DNA of 64,000 nt from Candidatus Pelagibacterales bacterium (GCA_029242795.1 JAQWTH010000024.1:33192-97191); one strand, 5' to 3'; shown: positions 33,746-43,989, numbered from the stretch's first letter. The notes: generated from the letters alone by a model not told the origin. Translations and numbers: made by a program.

Positions 33746-35122
33746 ATGACTGAATCTATAGCTGAAATATCTAAAAATCAAAAAATAATCTTCAATAATG
33801 AATTTATTGATAAAATTATTGTTGATATTGAAGCAGCGAATAATTCAGAAATTAAATCTTCATTAAAAAACTTACATGCCGCTGACATCGCGGAGTTGCT
33901 AGAGTTTCTCAGCTCTGATCAGAGAACTTATTTACTTAATCAACTAGATAGTAGTGACTATACTGATGTGCTAGCAGAACTAGATGATAGTATTATTGAT
34001 CAGACTGTAAACTTACTTCAACACGAAAAAGTTGCAAAATCTATATCTGATATGGAAACAGATGATGCTGTTGGCTTGATAGAATCACTTGAACCAGACA
34101 CTCAAAAGAAAATACTTGATAAAGTTTCAGCTGAAGATCGAGAAATCTTCAATGAAAGTTTAAACTATCCAGAAGATACGGCTGGAAGACGAATGCAAAA
34201 AGAAATAGTTTCTATGCCATCTTTTTGGACTGTTGGACAGGCTATTGACTATCTAAGAGATGAAGAGGAGCTGCCTGAAGATTTTTTTGAACTTTTTATT
34301 GTCGATCCGAGTAATAAGCCATTAGGCAGTGTTTCAGTTTCTAAAGTCCTAAGATCAAATAGAAAAATAAGATTAAATGATATTACTATTGAGAGTCCAA
34401 TATTTATTCCTGCAGATATGGATCAGGAAGAAGCAGCAATGACATTTGAAAAATATTCCCTCGTTTCTGCTGGAGTGGTTGACAAAAACGGTAGATTAAT
34501 TGGTAGATTAACTGCAGATGATATTATGTGGGTGCTTCAAGAAGAAGCTGAAGAAGATATACTTAGAATGGGTGGTGTAATTGAAACAGAAATGAATCAG
34601 GGAATAATCAAATCCACTAGAAAGAGATTTATTTGGCTATTTTTAAACCTTCTTACCGCTATTCTTGCTTCAATTGTGATTAGTTTTTTTGACGCAAGTA
34701 TTGAAAAAATGGTTGCTCTTGCTGTATTGATGCCAATTGTCGCCTCTATGGGAGGAAATGCTGGAACACAAACACTAACCTTAACAGTTAGAGCATTAGC
34801 CACAAAAGATTTAGTTCAAAACAATAGAAGAAAAATATTTTCAAAAGAAATTTCTATTTCAATTTTAAATAGTATTATCTTTGCGATAATCACTGCAGCA
34901 GCAGCTCAATTATGGTTTCAAGATTTTTATTTATCAATTATTGTCGGATCAGCAATGATAGTAAATATACTTTCTGCGGGTTTTTTTGGTTTCCTAATTC
35001 CTTACGGATTAAATTATTTTAAAGTCGATCCTGCAATTGCATCTAGTGTGTTTGTTACAACTATTACTGACGTGGTTGGTTTTCTATCTTTTCTTGGCTT
35101 AGCCTCCATATTCTTATTCTAA
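33746..35122 (+). CDS. mgtE: Magnesium transporter MgtE
   Basis: N domain, tandem CBS region and C-terminal TM domain with the PIVASMGGNAGTQ motif. Confidence 0.92.
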   Translation: MTESIAEISKNQKIIFNNEFIDKIIVDIEAANNSEIKSSLKNLHAADIAELLEFLSSDQRTYLLNQLDSSDYTDVLAELDDSIIDQTVNLLQHEKVAKSISDMETDDAVGLIESLEPDTQKKILDKVSAEDREIFNESLNYPEDTAGRRMQKEIVSMPSFWTVGQAIDYLRDEEELPEDFFELFIVDPSNKPLGSVSVSKVLRSNRKIRLNDITIESPIFIPADMDQEEAAMTFEKYSLVSAGVVDKNGRLIGRLTADDIMWVLQEEAEEDILRMGGVIETEMNQGIIKSTRKRFIWLFLNLLTAILASIVISFFDASIEKMVALAVLMPIVASMGGNAGTQTLTLTVRALATKDLVQNNRRKIFSKEISISILNSIIFAIITAAAAQLWFQDFYLSIIVGSAMIVNILSAGFFGFLIPYGLNYFKVDPAIASSVFVTTITDVVGFLSFLGLASIFLF

Positions 35123-35952
35123 ACTCGAATATTATCTATTAGCCTAGTTTCATTGATAAAAACGGCAGCAAAAAGTCGTTTATTATTAGAATTTATGTTT
35201 GCTTTTCTGAGGTCATCTGTTCGAACTTCTAAATAATCAATTTTAGTAAAACCTGCATTTAATAATTCATTCTTATATTTTGCTAAAGATTTAGAAATAT
35301 TTTTTTTATCATTTATTTCCTTTTTATTGAGTTTAAGAAATTTATAGAGTTTATTCGCTATTTTTATTTCCTTTATTGAAAGATATTGATTTCTTGATGA
35401 CATAGCTAGTCCAGATTTTTCACGAATGGTTTTCGATGAAATCACCTTGCTTTTAAAGCCTAACTTTTTAAGAAGTGTCTTGACAAAAAAATATTGTTGA
35501 AAGTCTTTTTCTCCAAAGTATGACTTATCAGGATTAATAATCGAGAATAATCTAATTATAATATCAGCAACACCAGGAAAATAATTAGGCCTATTTATTC
35601 CACATAAAATATTTTCAATTTTCAATGGTTTATACCTATAAGATGAAATTTTATAATCAAATATTTCTTTTTTTTTCGGTATGAATAATAAATCAACTTT
35701 TAACTTAGTTAATTTTTCAATGTCATGCTTTATATTTACAGGGTATTTATCTAAATCCTCCTCAGGTCCAAATTGTTTTGGATTAATAAAAATACTTACA
35801 ACAGTAAATTCTTTTCTTTTTTTTGCCTTTTTTATTAATGATAAATGACCAAGATGGAGATATCCCATTGTTGGAATAAGAGATAAACATTTATTTTTTT
35901 GTATTTTGTTTAAATCGATTTTTAGCGATCTAATATTTTTGCAAATTTTCAT
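35119..35952 (-). CDS. panC: Pantoate--beta-alanine ligase
   Basis: PTMGYLHLGHLSLI (HIGH-like) and the SSRN motif (GLAMSSRNQYL). Confidence 0.92.
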   Translation of the reverse strand: MKICKNIRSLKIDLNKIQKNKCLSLIPTMGYLHLGHLSLIKKAKKRKEFTVVSIFINPKQFGPEEDLDKYPVNIKHDIEKLTKLKVDLLFIPKKKEIFDYKISSYRYKPLKIENILCGINRPNYFPGVADIIIRLFSIINPDKSYFGEKDFQQYFFVKTLLKKLGFKSKVISSKTIREKSGLAMSSRNQYLSIKEIKIANKLYKFLKLNKKEINDKKNISKSLAKYKNELLNAGFTKIDYLEVRTDDLRKANINSNNKRLFAAVFINETRLIDNIRV

Positions 35953-36641
35953 TTTAGTAAATTAGACAAGTCAATTTTTTCAAAAATTATATTATCAGCT
36001 TTTGCACGAGCTTCTTCAAATTTTTCTATTGTATTAATTGTCCACGTTATAATTGGGATCTGTTTATTTTTTGCTTCTGTAACGATTCCATCATTAATAA
36101 AATCGATATCATATGATAAAAAATCAATATTAAGATCTTTTAACTCATTGATATTTATGTCTAAATTACTTCCTATTAAACCATACTTAATAAAAGGAGC
36201 ATTAATTTTAAACCACCTCACTGTATTTATATCGAATGATTTTACACAGACTGGTCCATCGTAAGATTTTAAGATTTCGGTTAATCTTTCCTCAATAAAT
36301 GGATGATTACCACTTTTAATCTCAATCATAAGAGGAGTTTTTCCGTTTACGGCATACAAAACTTCATCAAGTGTTGGAATTGAAGAGTCAGTATCTAAAA
36401 GTAAGATATCACGAAGTTCTTGTGACGTAAGATCTTTGATTTCTAAATTTTTATTTGCCAGTCTCTTCAGGTCATAGTCATGAAAAACAACCGCTTCATG
36501 ATCTTTGCTCATAACTACGTCTATTTCTATAGCGTAATCATTGTCGATTGCATTATTAAATGACGCAAGAGTATTTTCTATTATGCTAATATTATCAAAC
36601 AGTCCTCTATGAGCGATTGGCCTTTTAAGGAAATTGTTCAT
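35949..36641 (-). CDS. Glycerophosphodiester phosphodiesterase family protein
   Basis: IAHRG...ENT...EIDV...HD pattern of the GDPD (UgpQ-like) family. Confidence 0.8.
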   Translation of the reverse strand: MNNFLKRPIAHRGLFDNISIIENTLASFNNAIDNDYAIEIDVVMSKDHEAVVFHDYDLKRLANKNLEIKDLTSQELRDILLLDTDSSIPTLDEVLYAVNGKTPLMIEIKSGNHPFIEERLTEILKSYDGPVCVKSFDINTVRWFKINAPFIKYGLIGSNLDININELKDLNIDFLSYDIDFINDGIVTEAKNKQIPIITWTINTIEKFEEARAKADNIIFEKIDLSNLLK

Positions 36642-37103
36642 TTAATTGTCTATAAAAAATATAGATGAAATTTCTACGCATGCATTTTTTGGAAGAGAAT
36701 TACATCCAACAGCAATCCTTGAGTGCTTACCATTTGAACCAAATATATCAGTTATCAAGTCAGAAGCACCATTAATTACTTCTGGATGATTATCAAAAGA
36801 TTCTTCAGAATTAACAAATCCAGAAATATTTATACATTGTATATTTTCAATATCTATATTCTTGGTTGCTTCAATTATTAATGGCAATGTATTAATTATA
36901 CATACTCTTGCAGCAGATTTTGCATCTTCTATGCTTACAGAAGTAGGGACTTTTCCAGTAGAAATCTCTCCAGAAATAATGGGAAGTTGCCCAGATATAT
37001 ATACTAGATTATTTATTTTTTTATATGGAACATAACTACCCAAAGCTGGATTTACTTCAGGTATTAAAATATCTATTTTTTTCAGTTTATCTATTAATTT
37101 CAT
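36642..37103 (-). CDS. RidA/YjgF/UK114-family protein
   Basis: YVPYKKINNLVYISGQLP and the C-terminal RIAVGCNSLPKNACVEI pattern. The start is taken as the ATG at 37103; an alternative ATG is at 37142. Confidence 0.75.
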   Translation of the reverse strand: MKLIDKLKKIDILIPEVNPALGSYVPYKKINNLVYISGQLPIISGEISTGKVPTSVSIEDAKSAARVCIINTLPLIIEATKNIDIENIQCINISGFVNSEESFDNHPEVINGASDLITDIFGSNGKHSRIAVGCNSLPKNACVEISSIFFIDN

Positions 37104-37749
37104 TTTCAATATAAATATATATCTCTTTCCAACTATTTGCACGAATATCTGCTTGTACAGGTGTAATAGCTAATTTTGATAGTTCTTTGTTAGAAATATA
37201 ATGAATTGTTTTTACTTGATCAGCATGATTCTTGGATGAAATTATATGTGGAGCTAAATCATCGATAAAGAAATTTTTATTTTTATGATCAGAAATTAAT
37301 TCCTTTATTATCTTTCCTTTTGGCCCAGACCCAGCAATCATTGGCAAGTCTAATCCATTGTTTTTGAAACATATTCTGCGATCTTCCAGATATTTATACG
37401 GTATATTCGTTAATACAATTATTTGAAAATTTAGTTTTTCAATTAATAGTTTTATATATTTAATTGAGTCCTTCGCAAACGTTATAACTCTTGCGTTTGT
37501 TTTAAAGAAATTTTCAAGATGAAAGCTTACCTGAGTATTTTCAATAGCGTTATTGGAATAATCTTTTATATTTCCAAATAAAGAATATGAAGATAAATCG
37601 TACCAAAGATTATTTTTATTAAGATATTCTTGAAAACATGAAACAAAATTTAAAAGAACTTCATCAGCATCTGTGATTAAAAGAGGCTTGTCAGGTATAA
37701 TTTCAATATCTTTTATTTGTCTTATCAGACCATCAGAAAGAGATTGCAT
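37087..37749 (-). CDS. HAD-superfamily hydrolase (phosphatase/nucleotidase-like), function unknown
   Basis: HAD motif I LLITDADEVLLNF (DxDxV), motif II VLTN, then GPKGK and FIDD. The subfamily cannot be assigned by eye. Confidence 0.6.
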   Translation of the reverse strand: MQSLSDGLIRQIKDIEIIPDKPLLITDADEVLLNFVSCFQEYLNKNNLWYDLSSYSLFGNIKDYSNNAIENTQVSFHLENFFKTNARVITFAKDSIKYIKLLIEKLNFQIIVLTNIPYKYLEDRRICFKNNGLDLPMIAGSGPKGKIIKELISDHKNKNFFIDDLAPHIISSKNHADQVKTIHYISNKELSKLAITPVQADIRANSWKEIYIYIENEINR

Positions 37750-37753
37750 TAAC

Positions 37754-39244
37754 TTATCTAGTTTCGATTAATGTAAGCTTTGATTGTGTATATTGATCTA
37801 AGGCTTCTAAAGACTTATCTCTTCCAAATCCTGATTGTTTATATCCACCATGTGGAAGGGACATGTCTCCATCACTAACACTATTAATCAACACTTTGCC
37901 ACTCTTAATTCTTTTAGCTAATTTATGAACTTTATTAAGATCATTTGACCAGATAATTGCATTTAAACCATATTTTGTATCATTAGCTATTTTAAGTGCA
38001 TCATCCTCATTTTCAAAATCGATAGAACATAATACTGGGCCAAAAATTTCTTCTTTTGCAACTTTCATATCATTTTTAACATCTTTGAATATTGTTGGAC
38101 TTATATAATAACCACCAGAATCTTGTTTTACTTGTTCTCCACCAGTTAATACATTAGCACCTTCATTCTTTCCTGTATCTATATAGTCAAGAATTCTTTC
38201 TGTTTGAGTTTTATCGACGATTGAGCCCATTAAAGTTTCTGGCTTAAACGGATCATCAGGCATCCATGGTTTAGAATATTCACTTACTTTTTCTAAAAAT
38301 TCATCCTTAATTGATTTTTCAATCAGTAGTCTTGATGGCGCATCACATACTTGGCCACTATTTCCAAACATTCCATCAGCAGCCATTTTTGCCGCGTGAT
38401 CTAAATCAGGCGCATCGGCAAAAATAATATTTGGCGATTTACCTCCACACTCAAGAGACACTCTCTTCATGTTTGATTGACCAGAATAAGATAAAAAATA
38501 TCGTCCAACTTCAGTTGAGCCAGTAAAACCAAGTTTATCTACATCCATGTGCATGCCCAATGCTTTACCGGCAGTTGGACCAAATCCAGGTACCACATTA
38601 AATACGCCTTCAGGCATACCGGCTTCAATGGCAAGCTCAGCTATTCTCAATGCTGATAGAGGTGACTGTTCTGCTGGCTTAAGAATAAAACTATTTCCAG
38701 TAGCTAATGCTGGAGCAAATTTCCAACATGCCATTAGTAATGGATAATTCCATGGAGTAACTGCTCCAACAACTCCAATAGGCTCACGAGTAATAGTTGC
38801 TATGATATTGTCTCCTGTTGGAGCTACATCATCATAAATTTTGTCAATCGCTTCCGCATACCATTTTGTACAGTTAATGCATGCAGCAATATCACCAGTA
38901 GCTCTAGTAATTGGTTTACCCATATTTAAAGTTTCAAGAATCCCAAGTTCTAAAATATTTTTTTTCATGAGGTCTGCAAAATTGAAAAGTATTTTCTTTC
39001 GTTTGCTTGGAGCCATTCTTGACCAAGAACCCTTCTCAAAAACCTCTCTAGCAGCGATAACGGCTTTGTTTATATCTTCAACATCACATTCAGATATATT
39101 AGTAATAATCTTTCCATCAACTGGACTTATACTTTCAAAGGTTTTGCCAGAAGTTGAGTCAACATAATTTCCACCAATAAATGCTTGTGTTCTGAAATCT
39201 AAACTATTTTTTTTATCAATTACATCATTATACGCTAAAGCCAT
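37754..39244 (-). CDS. NAD(P)-dependent aldehyde dehydrogenase, PuuC-like (gamma-glutamyl-aminoaldehyde dehydrogenase family)
   Basis: 496 aa with LECGGKSP (catalytic Glu) and GQVCDAPSRL (catalytic Cys). The C-terminus DGDMSLPHGGYKQSGFGRDKSLEALDQYT closely parallels my recollection of E. coli PuuC. Confidence 0.8.
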   Translation of the reverse strand: MALAYNDVIDKKNSLDFRTQAFIGGNYVDSTSGKTFESISPVDGKIITNISECDVEDINKAVIAAREVFEKGSWSRMAPSKRKKILFNFADLMKKNILELGILETLNMGKPITRATGDIAACINCTKWYAEAIDKIYDDVAPTGDNIIATITREPIGVVGAVTPWNYPLLMACWKFAPALATGNSFILKPAEQSPLSALRIAELAIEAGMPEGVFNVVPGFGPTAGKALGMHMDVDKLGFTGSTEVGRYFLSYSGQSNMKRVSLECGGKSPNIIFADAPDLDHAAKMAADGMFGNSGQVCDAPSRLLIEKSIKDEFLEKVSEYSKPWMPDDPFKPETLMGSIVDKTQTERILDYIDTGKNEGANVLTGGEQVKQDSGGYYISPTIFKDVKNDMKVAKEEIFGPVLCSIDFENEDDALKIANDTKYGLNAIIWSNDLNKVHKLAKRIKSGKVLINSVSDGDMSLPHGGYKQSGFGRDKSLEALDQYTQSKLTLIETR

Positions 39245-39308
39245 ATTTTTCCTTCCAATTTTGAATGAAGAAATACTATATTAAAATTAAATGAATTTAA
39301 ATAATGAT

Positions 39309-41885
39309 TTAAGAATCTGTATCTTTTACAGTTTTCTTTTTAATGGCTTTTTTTTTGACTTTCTTTTTCTTTGATTTGCCATCTTTTTCAAGTTTTCTCT
39401 CGATTAGGTCGAGTGCCTCATCCATACTGATAGTCTCAGGATCGTACTGATCAGGAATAGTTGCATTAATTGTTTTATATTTAATATATGGACCAAACTT
39501 ACCTTTCATTACTTTAACAGGTTTTTTATCATCCGGGTGATCTCCTAATGTCTTAATTTCTGATGAACTTTTTAATCTTCCAGGTTTAGCATTAGCCAAA
39601 AGACTAACAGCACGGTTGATTCCTATTTCAAAAAATTCTGAAATATCTTCTAAACTTGCGTTTTTTTCTGCACAACTAAGATATCCACCATATCTACCAT
39701 AGTTTATAGTAATCATTTCACTACTTTCAGGATGAAGGCCAATTTCTCTAGGAAGACTGAGAAGATAATTTGCTTTTGCAAGATCAATTTCTGTCGCAGG
39801 TATACCTTTTGGAACACTTGATCTTTTTGGTTTATCTTTAGTATCATTATCGCCCAATTGAATGTAAGGTCCAAATCTTCCACTCAATAATTTGATTTCT
39901 TTTTTTGTTTCTTCATCAATACCAAGAACCTTATCTTCAACAACTTCTTTTATTTTTTTGGGTGATATTGGTCTTGTGAATTTACACTCTGGATATTTTG
40001 AGCAGCCCACGAAGGCTCCAAATCTGCTTACCTTTAAGCTTAGCTGACCGGAGCAGGTAGGGCACTCTCGAGTAATATCTTTCCCTTCCGCTTCAACAAA
40101 AATATGATTTTTAAGGCTCTCATTTAGATGATCAAGCACATTAGTAATTCTTAAATCAGTTACTTCACCAATATTAGATGAAAAGTTTTTCCAAAATTTG
40201 TCTAAAAACTCTTTCCAATTAATAGTTCCAGAAGTTATCTCATCAAGCGACTCTTCCATTTCAGCAGTGAATTCGTAATCTACGTATTTTGAGAAAAAAC
40301 CTTTTAGAAAGCCAGTTATCAAAATAGCTCTATCTTCAGGAACAAATCGATTTTTCTCAACTTCAACATAATTTCTCATTTTTAAAACTGAAATGATACT
40401 TGCATAAGTTGAAGGTCTTCCAATTCCAAGTTCTTCTAATTTTTTTACAAGTGTTGCCTCTGAATATCTAGGTGGAGGGAGGGTAAAGTGCTGAGAGCTA
40501 GCTGGTTCAACATTATTAATATTGTCATTAAGAGTAATGTTGGGTAGATCTTTATCATCTTCATTTTCTTCAGATTCAATAATTTCTGACTTTTTATTGA
40601 ATTCACTATAAATATTTAAAAAGCCATCAAATGTTTGAATTGATCCATTTGCCCTTAGTTTTATTGTTTCATTTTCACTAGAAATTGAGATAGCAGTTCT
40701 TTCAAATGATGCTGAGCTCATTTGGCTGGCAAGAGATCTTTTCCATATTAAATTGTATAATTTAAACCCATCTTCATCTAAATACTTTTTCATCTCTTCT
40801 GGCTTTCTTAATATATCTGTAGGTCTAATACCCTCATGAGCTTCTTGAGCATTTTTAGCCTTTTTACTTTTAAAGCTTCTAATCTCTTTTGGAAGGTATG
40901 ATGAGTCAAAGTTATTCTGAATAAAATCTCTATATGAATGAATTGCTTCTTTTGACAAATCAGTACTATCAGTTCTCATATAAGTTATTAATCCTGTTGT
41001 TTCTCCATCAATTTCAACTCCTTGAAATAAACGTTGAGCGATTTGCATTGTTCTAGATGCTCCAAAGCCAAAAATACTAGAAGCCGTTTGCTGAAGAGTT
41101 GAAGTTGAAAAAGGAGCATCAGGATTTCTTGAAGCTGGTTTTTTTGTAATATCAGTAAACTTAAAATTTTGTCCTTTAAAAGAATCTGTAACCTTTATGG
41201 CATCCTCTTCATTTTTAAAACTAAATTTATCAACTTTTTCACCGTTATGGTGAGTAAGATTTGCCTCAATGCTATTATCTACAACTTCTAAATTTGCCTT
41301 TATTTTCCAATATTCTTGAGGGTCAAACGACTCTATTTCAACTTCTCTCTCACAAATAAGTCTTAGAGCAACAGACTGTACTCTACCTGCTGACTTTGCA
41401 CCGGGAAGTTTTCTCCATAAAACAGGAGAAAGGCTAAATCCAAATAAATAATCTAAGGCTCTTCGAGCCAAGTATGCGTCAACCAATGAATGATCAAGCT
41501 CTCTTGGATTATCTATTCCATTTTTGACTGCAGATTTTGTAATTTCACTGAATACTACTCTTTTAATGGACTTATCTTTTGTAAGCTTTTTTTTATTTAG
41601 TAATTCAATTATATGCCAAGCAATCGCTTCTCCCTCTCTATCAGGATCTGTTGCAAGAAAAATATTTGAGGAAGATTCAGCGGCATCATAGATTTCTTTA
41701 ATATGCTTTTTTGATGTATTTGAAACTTCCCATTCAAATGAGAAGTCATTTTCAGGATCTACTGATCCGTTTTTTGATGGAAGATCTCTAACATGTCCAA
41801 AGCTTGCAAGGACATTATAATCATTGCCTAAATATTTATTGATTGTTTTTGCTTTAGCGGGACTTTCAACAATAACTAAATTCAT
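39309..41885 (-). CDS. topA: DNA topoisomerase I
   Basis: 858 aa with Toprim N-terminus MNLVIVESPAKAKTINKYLG, the active-site region GLITYMRTDS, and one intact C4 zinc ribbon (CPTCSG...CSKYPEC) plus degenerate C-terminal repeats. Confidence 0.97.
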   Translation of the reverse strand: MNLVIVESPAKAKTINKYLGNDYNVLASFGHVRDLPSKNGSVDPENDFSFEWEVSNTSKKHIKEIYDAAESSSNIFLATDPDREGEAIAWHIIELLNKKKLTKDKSIKRVVFSEITKSAVKNGIDNPRELDHSLVDAYLARRALDYLFGFSLSPVLWRKLPGAKSAGRVQSVALRLICEREVEIESFDPQEYWKIKANLEVVDNSIEANLTHHNGEKVDKFSFKNEEDAIKVTDSFKGQNFKFTDITKKPASRNPDAPFSTSTLQQTASSIFGFGASRTMQIAQRLFQGVEIDGETTGLITYMRTDSTDLSKEAIHSYRDFIQNNFDSSYLPKEIRSFKSKKAKNAQEAHEGIRPTDILRKPEEMKKYLDEDGFKLYNLIWKRSLASQMSSASFERTAISISSENETIKLRANGSIQTFDGFLNIYSEFNKKSEIIESEENEDDKDLPNITLNDNINNVEPASSQHFTLPPPRYSEATLVKKLEELGIGRPSTYASIISVLKMRNYVEVEKNRFVPEDRAILITGFLKGFFSKYVDYEFTAEMEESLDEITSGTINWKEFLDKFWKNFSSNIGEVTDLRITNVLDHLNESLKNHIFVEAEGKDITRECPTCSGQLSLKVSRFGAFVGCSKYPECKFTRPISPKKIKEVVEDKVLGIDEETKKEIKLLSGRFGPYIQLGDNDTKDKPKRSSVPKGIPATEIDLAKANYLLSLPREIGLHPESSEMITINYGRYGGYLSCAEKNASLEDISEFFEIGINRAVSLLANAKPGRLKSSSEIKTLGDHPDDKKPVKVMKGKFGPYIKYKTINATIPDQYDPETISMDEALDLIERKLEKDGKSKKKKVKKKAIKKKTVKDTDS

Positions 41886-41909
41886 TTTTCAATCCATTAA
41901 TTTGGCGAC

Positions 41910-41938
41910 TTTAAATATTTTTTTTTATTGTTTGTCAA
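41910..41938 (-). promoter_or_regulatory. Possible topA promoter
   Basis: On the minus strand, TTGACA (41938-41933) is followed at 15-17 nt by the AT-rich hexamers TATTTA / TTTAAA. The -10 element is ambiguous. Confidence 0.25.
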
Positions 41939-41960
41939 ACTTATGAAGAATTTATTCTAA

Positions 41961-41979
41961 ATAAACCCAGAATACCGGG
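41961..41979 (-). terminator. Possible intrinsic terminator after plsY
   Basis: On the minus strand, CCCGG-UAUU-CUGGG (5-bp stem with one G-U pair) lies directly after the plsY stop and is followed by UUUAUUU. Confidence 0.3.
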
Positions 41980-41980
41980 A

Positions 41981-42556
41981 TTATTTGATTTTAGTTTCTG
42001 TGCCGTTTATCAGTCTTTTTATATTTTCAAGGTGGGTTACAAAAATTAATATTGTAAGCAAAACAACTAATACAATATTTGAATTGAAATAAATTATTGA
42101 TATGAGAACACCACTTAAACAACTCAATAACGCTGAAAGAGATGAAATTCTTTTAGCAAAAAAAGTAATTAGCCAGATTAAAGATATAAAAATAAATAAA
42201 TATAAATTGATCATAAATATAATTCCTAAATAACAAGCAAATCCTTTCCCACCTTTGAATTTTAGCCATAAAGGAAAAATATGTCCTATTAGAATAAATA
42301 GGCTAGAGATTAGAATTAATTTTTCATTTACAATTTGAGATAAATAAATAGCTAGGCAAGCTTTTCCAAAATCCAATATTAAAGTTAAAGCCGCAGCAGT
42401 ATAGTTTCCTGTTCTTAGCACATTAGTGGTGCCAGTATTGCCAGAACCTATAGTTCGCAGGTCTTTAAGTTTAAAAATTTTTGTAAATATTATTCCAGAT
42501 GGAATCGAACCTAAAATATATGATAAAGATATTACTAAAAGAACTTCAACGATCAT
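41981..42556 (-). CDS. plsY: Glycerol-3-phosphate acyltransferase PlsY
   Basis: 191 aa membrane protein with the LGSIPSG and GSGNTGTTNV motifs. Confidence 0.92.
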   Translation of the reverse strand: MIVEVLLVISLSYILGSIPSGIIFTKIFKLKDLRTIGSGNTGTTNVLRTGNYTAAALTLILDFGKACLAIYLSQIVNEKLILISSLFILIGHIFPLWLKFKGGKGFACYLGIIFMINLYLFIFISLIWLITFFAKRISSLSALLSCLSGVLISIIYFNSNIVLVVLLTILIFVTHLENIKRLINGTETKIK

Positions 42557-43495
42557 CTAGTTAATTAGCATTGATAGACATGCCATTCTGACAGCTACAC
42601 CATTTTCAACTTGTTCATTAATAACTGATTTATTTATATCATCAGCTAAAGAACTTTCAATCTCTACATCCCTATTTATTGGACCTGGATGCATAACGAG
42701 CGCATCAGTTTTTGCATTCTTTAATTTTTCTGCTGTTAGTCCGTATTGTAAAAAATATTCTTCAGTGCTGGGTAATTCTGTATCTATTATTCTTTCATTT
42801 TGTATTCTTAGCATCATGACTATGTCTGAGTCAGTTATTCCTTCTATTAATTCATGAAATATTTCTACTTTGTATTTATTTAAATCTTTTGGCTCAAAAT
42901 ATTTTGGATAAACAAATCTTACTTTTGAACCCATCTTTGTTAGTAAATAATAATTAGATCTTGCGACACGACTATGTTCAAGATCACCGCATATTGAAAC
43001 CGTTAAATCTTTTAATGTTTTTTTATAACTGAGAATTGTAAATGCATCTAACAATGCCTGTGTTGGATGTTCATTTATTCCTTCGCCAGCATTAACGACA
43101 GGGCAGTCCAAAAGATTTGAAATTTCTTCTGCCGAATTATCTTCACTATGTCTGATGACAACTAGATCAGGATTCATGGCACCAATTGTTTGTGCTGTAT
43201 CAAATAATGTTTCTCCTTTACGTAAGGATGACCCTTCGATATTCATATTGATAACGTCAGCACCTAATCTTTTTGCGGCAATCTCAAATGAAATTAATGT
43301 TCTTGTGGAAGGTTCAAAAAAAAGATTTATTATTGTTCTACCAGTAAGTATAGGATAATTTTTGTTCTTTTCTTTATTCTTAAGTTTAAAAAAAACTGCA
43401 AGTTCTAAGATTTTGTCTATATCATCAATAGATAAATATTTTATGCCCAATAGATGTTTTTGGCTTATTTTTGGTATTTTAATATCTTCGGACAT
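42557..43495 (-). CDS. pyrB: Aspartate carbamoyltransferase catalytic subunit
   Basis: FFEPSTRT, HPTQ and HPGP motifs. Confidence 0.95.
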   Translation of the reverse strand: MSEDIKIPKISQKHLLGIKYLSIDDIDKILELAVFFKLKNKEKNKNYPILTGRTIINLFFEPSTRTLISFEIAAKRLGADVINMNIEGSSLRKGETLFDTAQTIGAMNPDLVVIRHSEDNSAEEISNLLDCPVVNAGEGINEHPTQALLDAFTILSYKKTLKDLTVSICGDLEHSRVARSNYYLLTKMGSKVRFVYPKYFEPKDLNKYKVEIFHELIEGITDSDIVMMLRIQNERIIDTELPSTEEYFLQYGLTAEKLKNAKTDALVMHPGPINRDVEIESSLADDINKSVINEQVENGVAVRMACLSMLIN

Positions 43496-43500
43496 TTAAG

Positions 43501-43989
43501 TTAATTATTTATAATATAATTTATAGCGCCTTCTAAGATAAATGCTGCGGCTAAGTTATCAATGTCTTTTTTGTGATCTTTCTTTTTAGCTCTACTTTTT
43601 TTATTTGTTGCAAAATTTCTTTCAACAGCGATAGTTGATAACCTTTCGTCCCAAAATCCGTACTTAATACATAATTCGCTACATATTTTATCAGCTTTAT
43701 CTCTCGTTGATTGAGCGCTTTTACCTTCAGATCCATCCATATTTTTTGGAAGACCAAAAATTATGCCTTTGATATCATATTCAAGAACTATTTTTTTTAA
43801 CAAATTAAGTAATTCACTAAATTTATCTTCACAAATAGTTTTTAAGGGAAGCGCACCATTTAAGGATAATGTTGAGACAGAGACACCTATCCTTTTTTTT
43901 CCAAGATCTAATCCCATAATTCTTTTTTTGCTTAAAAGAAAAGGTTTGAATTCTTGTAAATCCTGGACTTTGTATGTTGAATTTAACAT
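43501..43989 (-). CDS. ruvX: YqgF/RuvX putative pre-16S rRNA nuclease
   Basis: IMGLDLGKKRIGVSVS and WDERLST motifs. Confidence 0.88.
   Translation of the reverse strand: MLNSTYKVQDLQEFKPFLLSKKRIMGLDLGKKRIGVSVSTLSLNGALPLKTICEDKFSELLNLLKKIVLEYDIKGIIFGLPKNMDGSEGKSAQSTRDKADKICSELCIKYGFWDERLSTIAVERNFATNKKSRAKKKDHKKDIDNLAAAFILEGAINYIINN

Noticed and set aside
38547-39167. 66-aa and 108-aa plus-strand ORFs inside the aldehyde dehydrogenase gene
   Set aside because: They are shadow ORFs antisense to a full-length, motif-complete ALDH.
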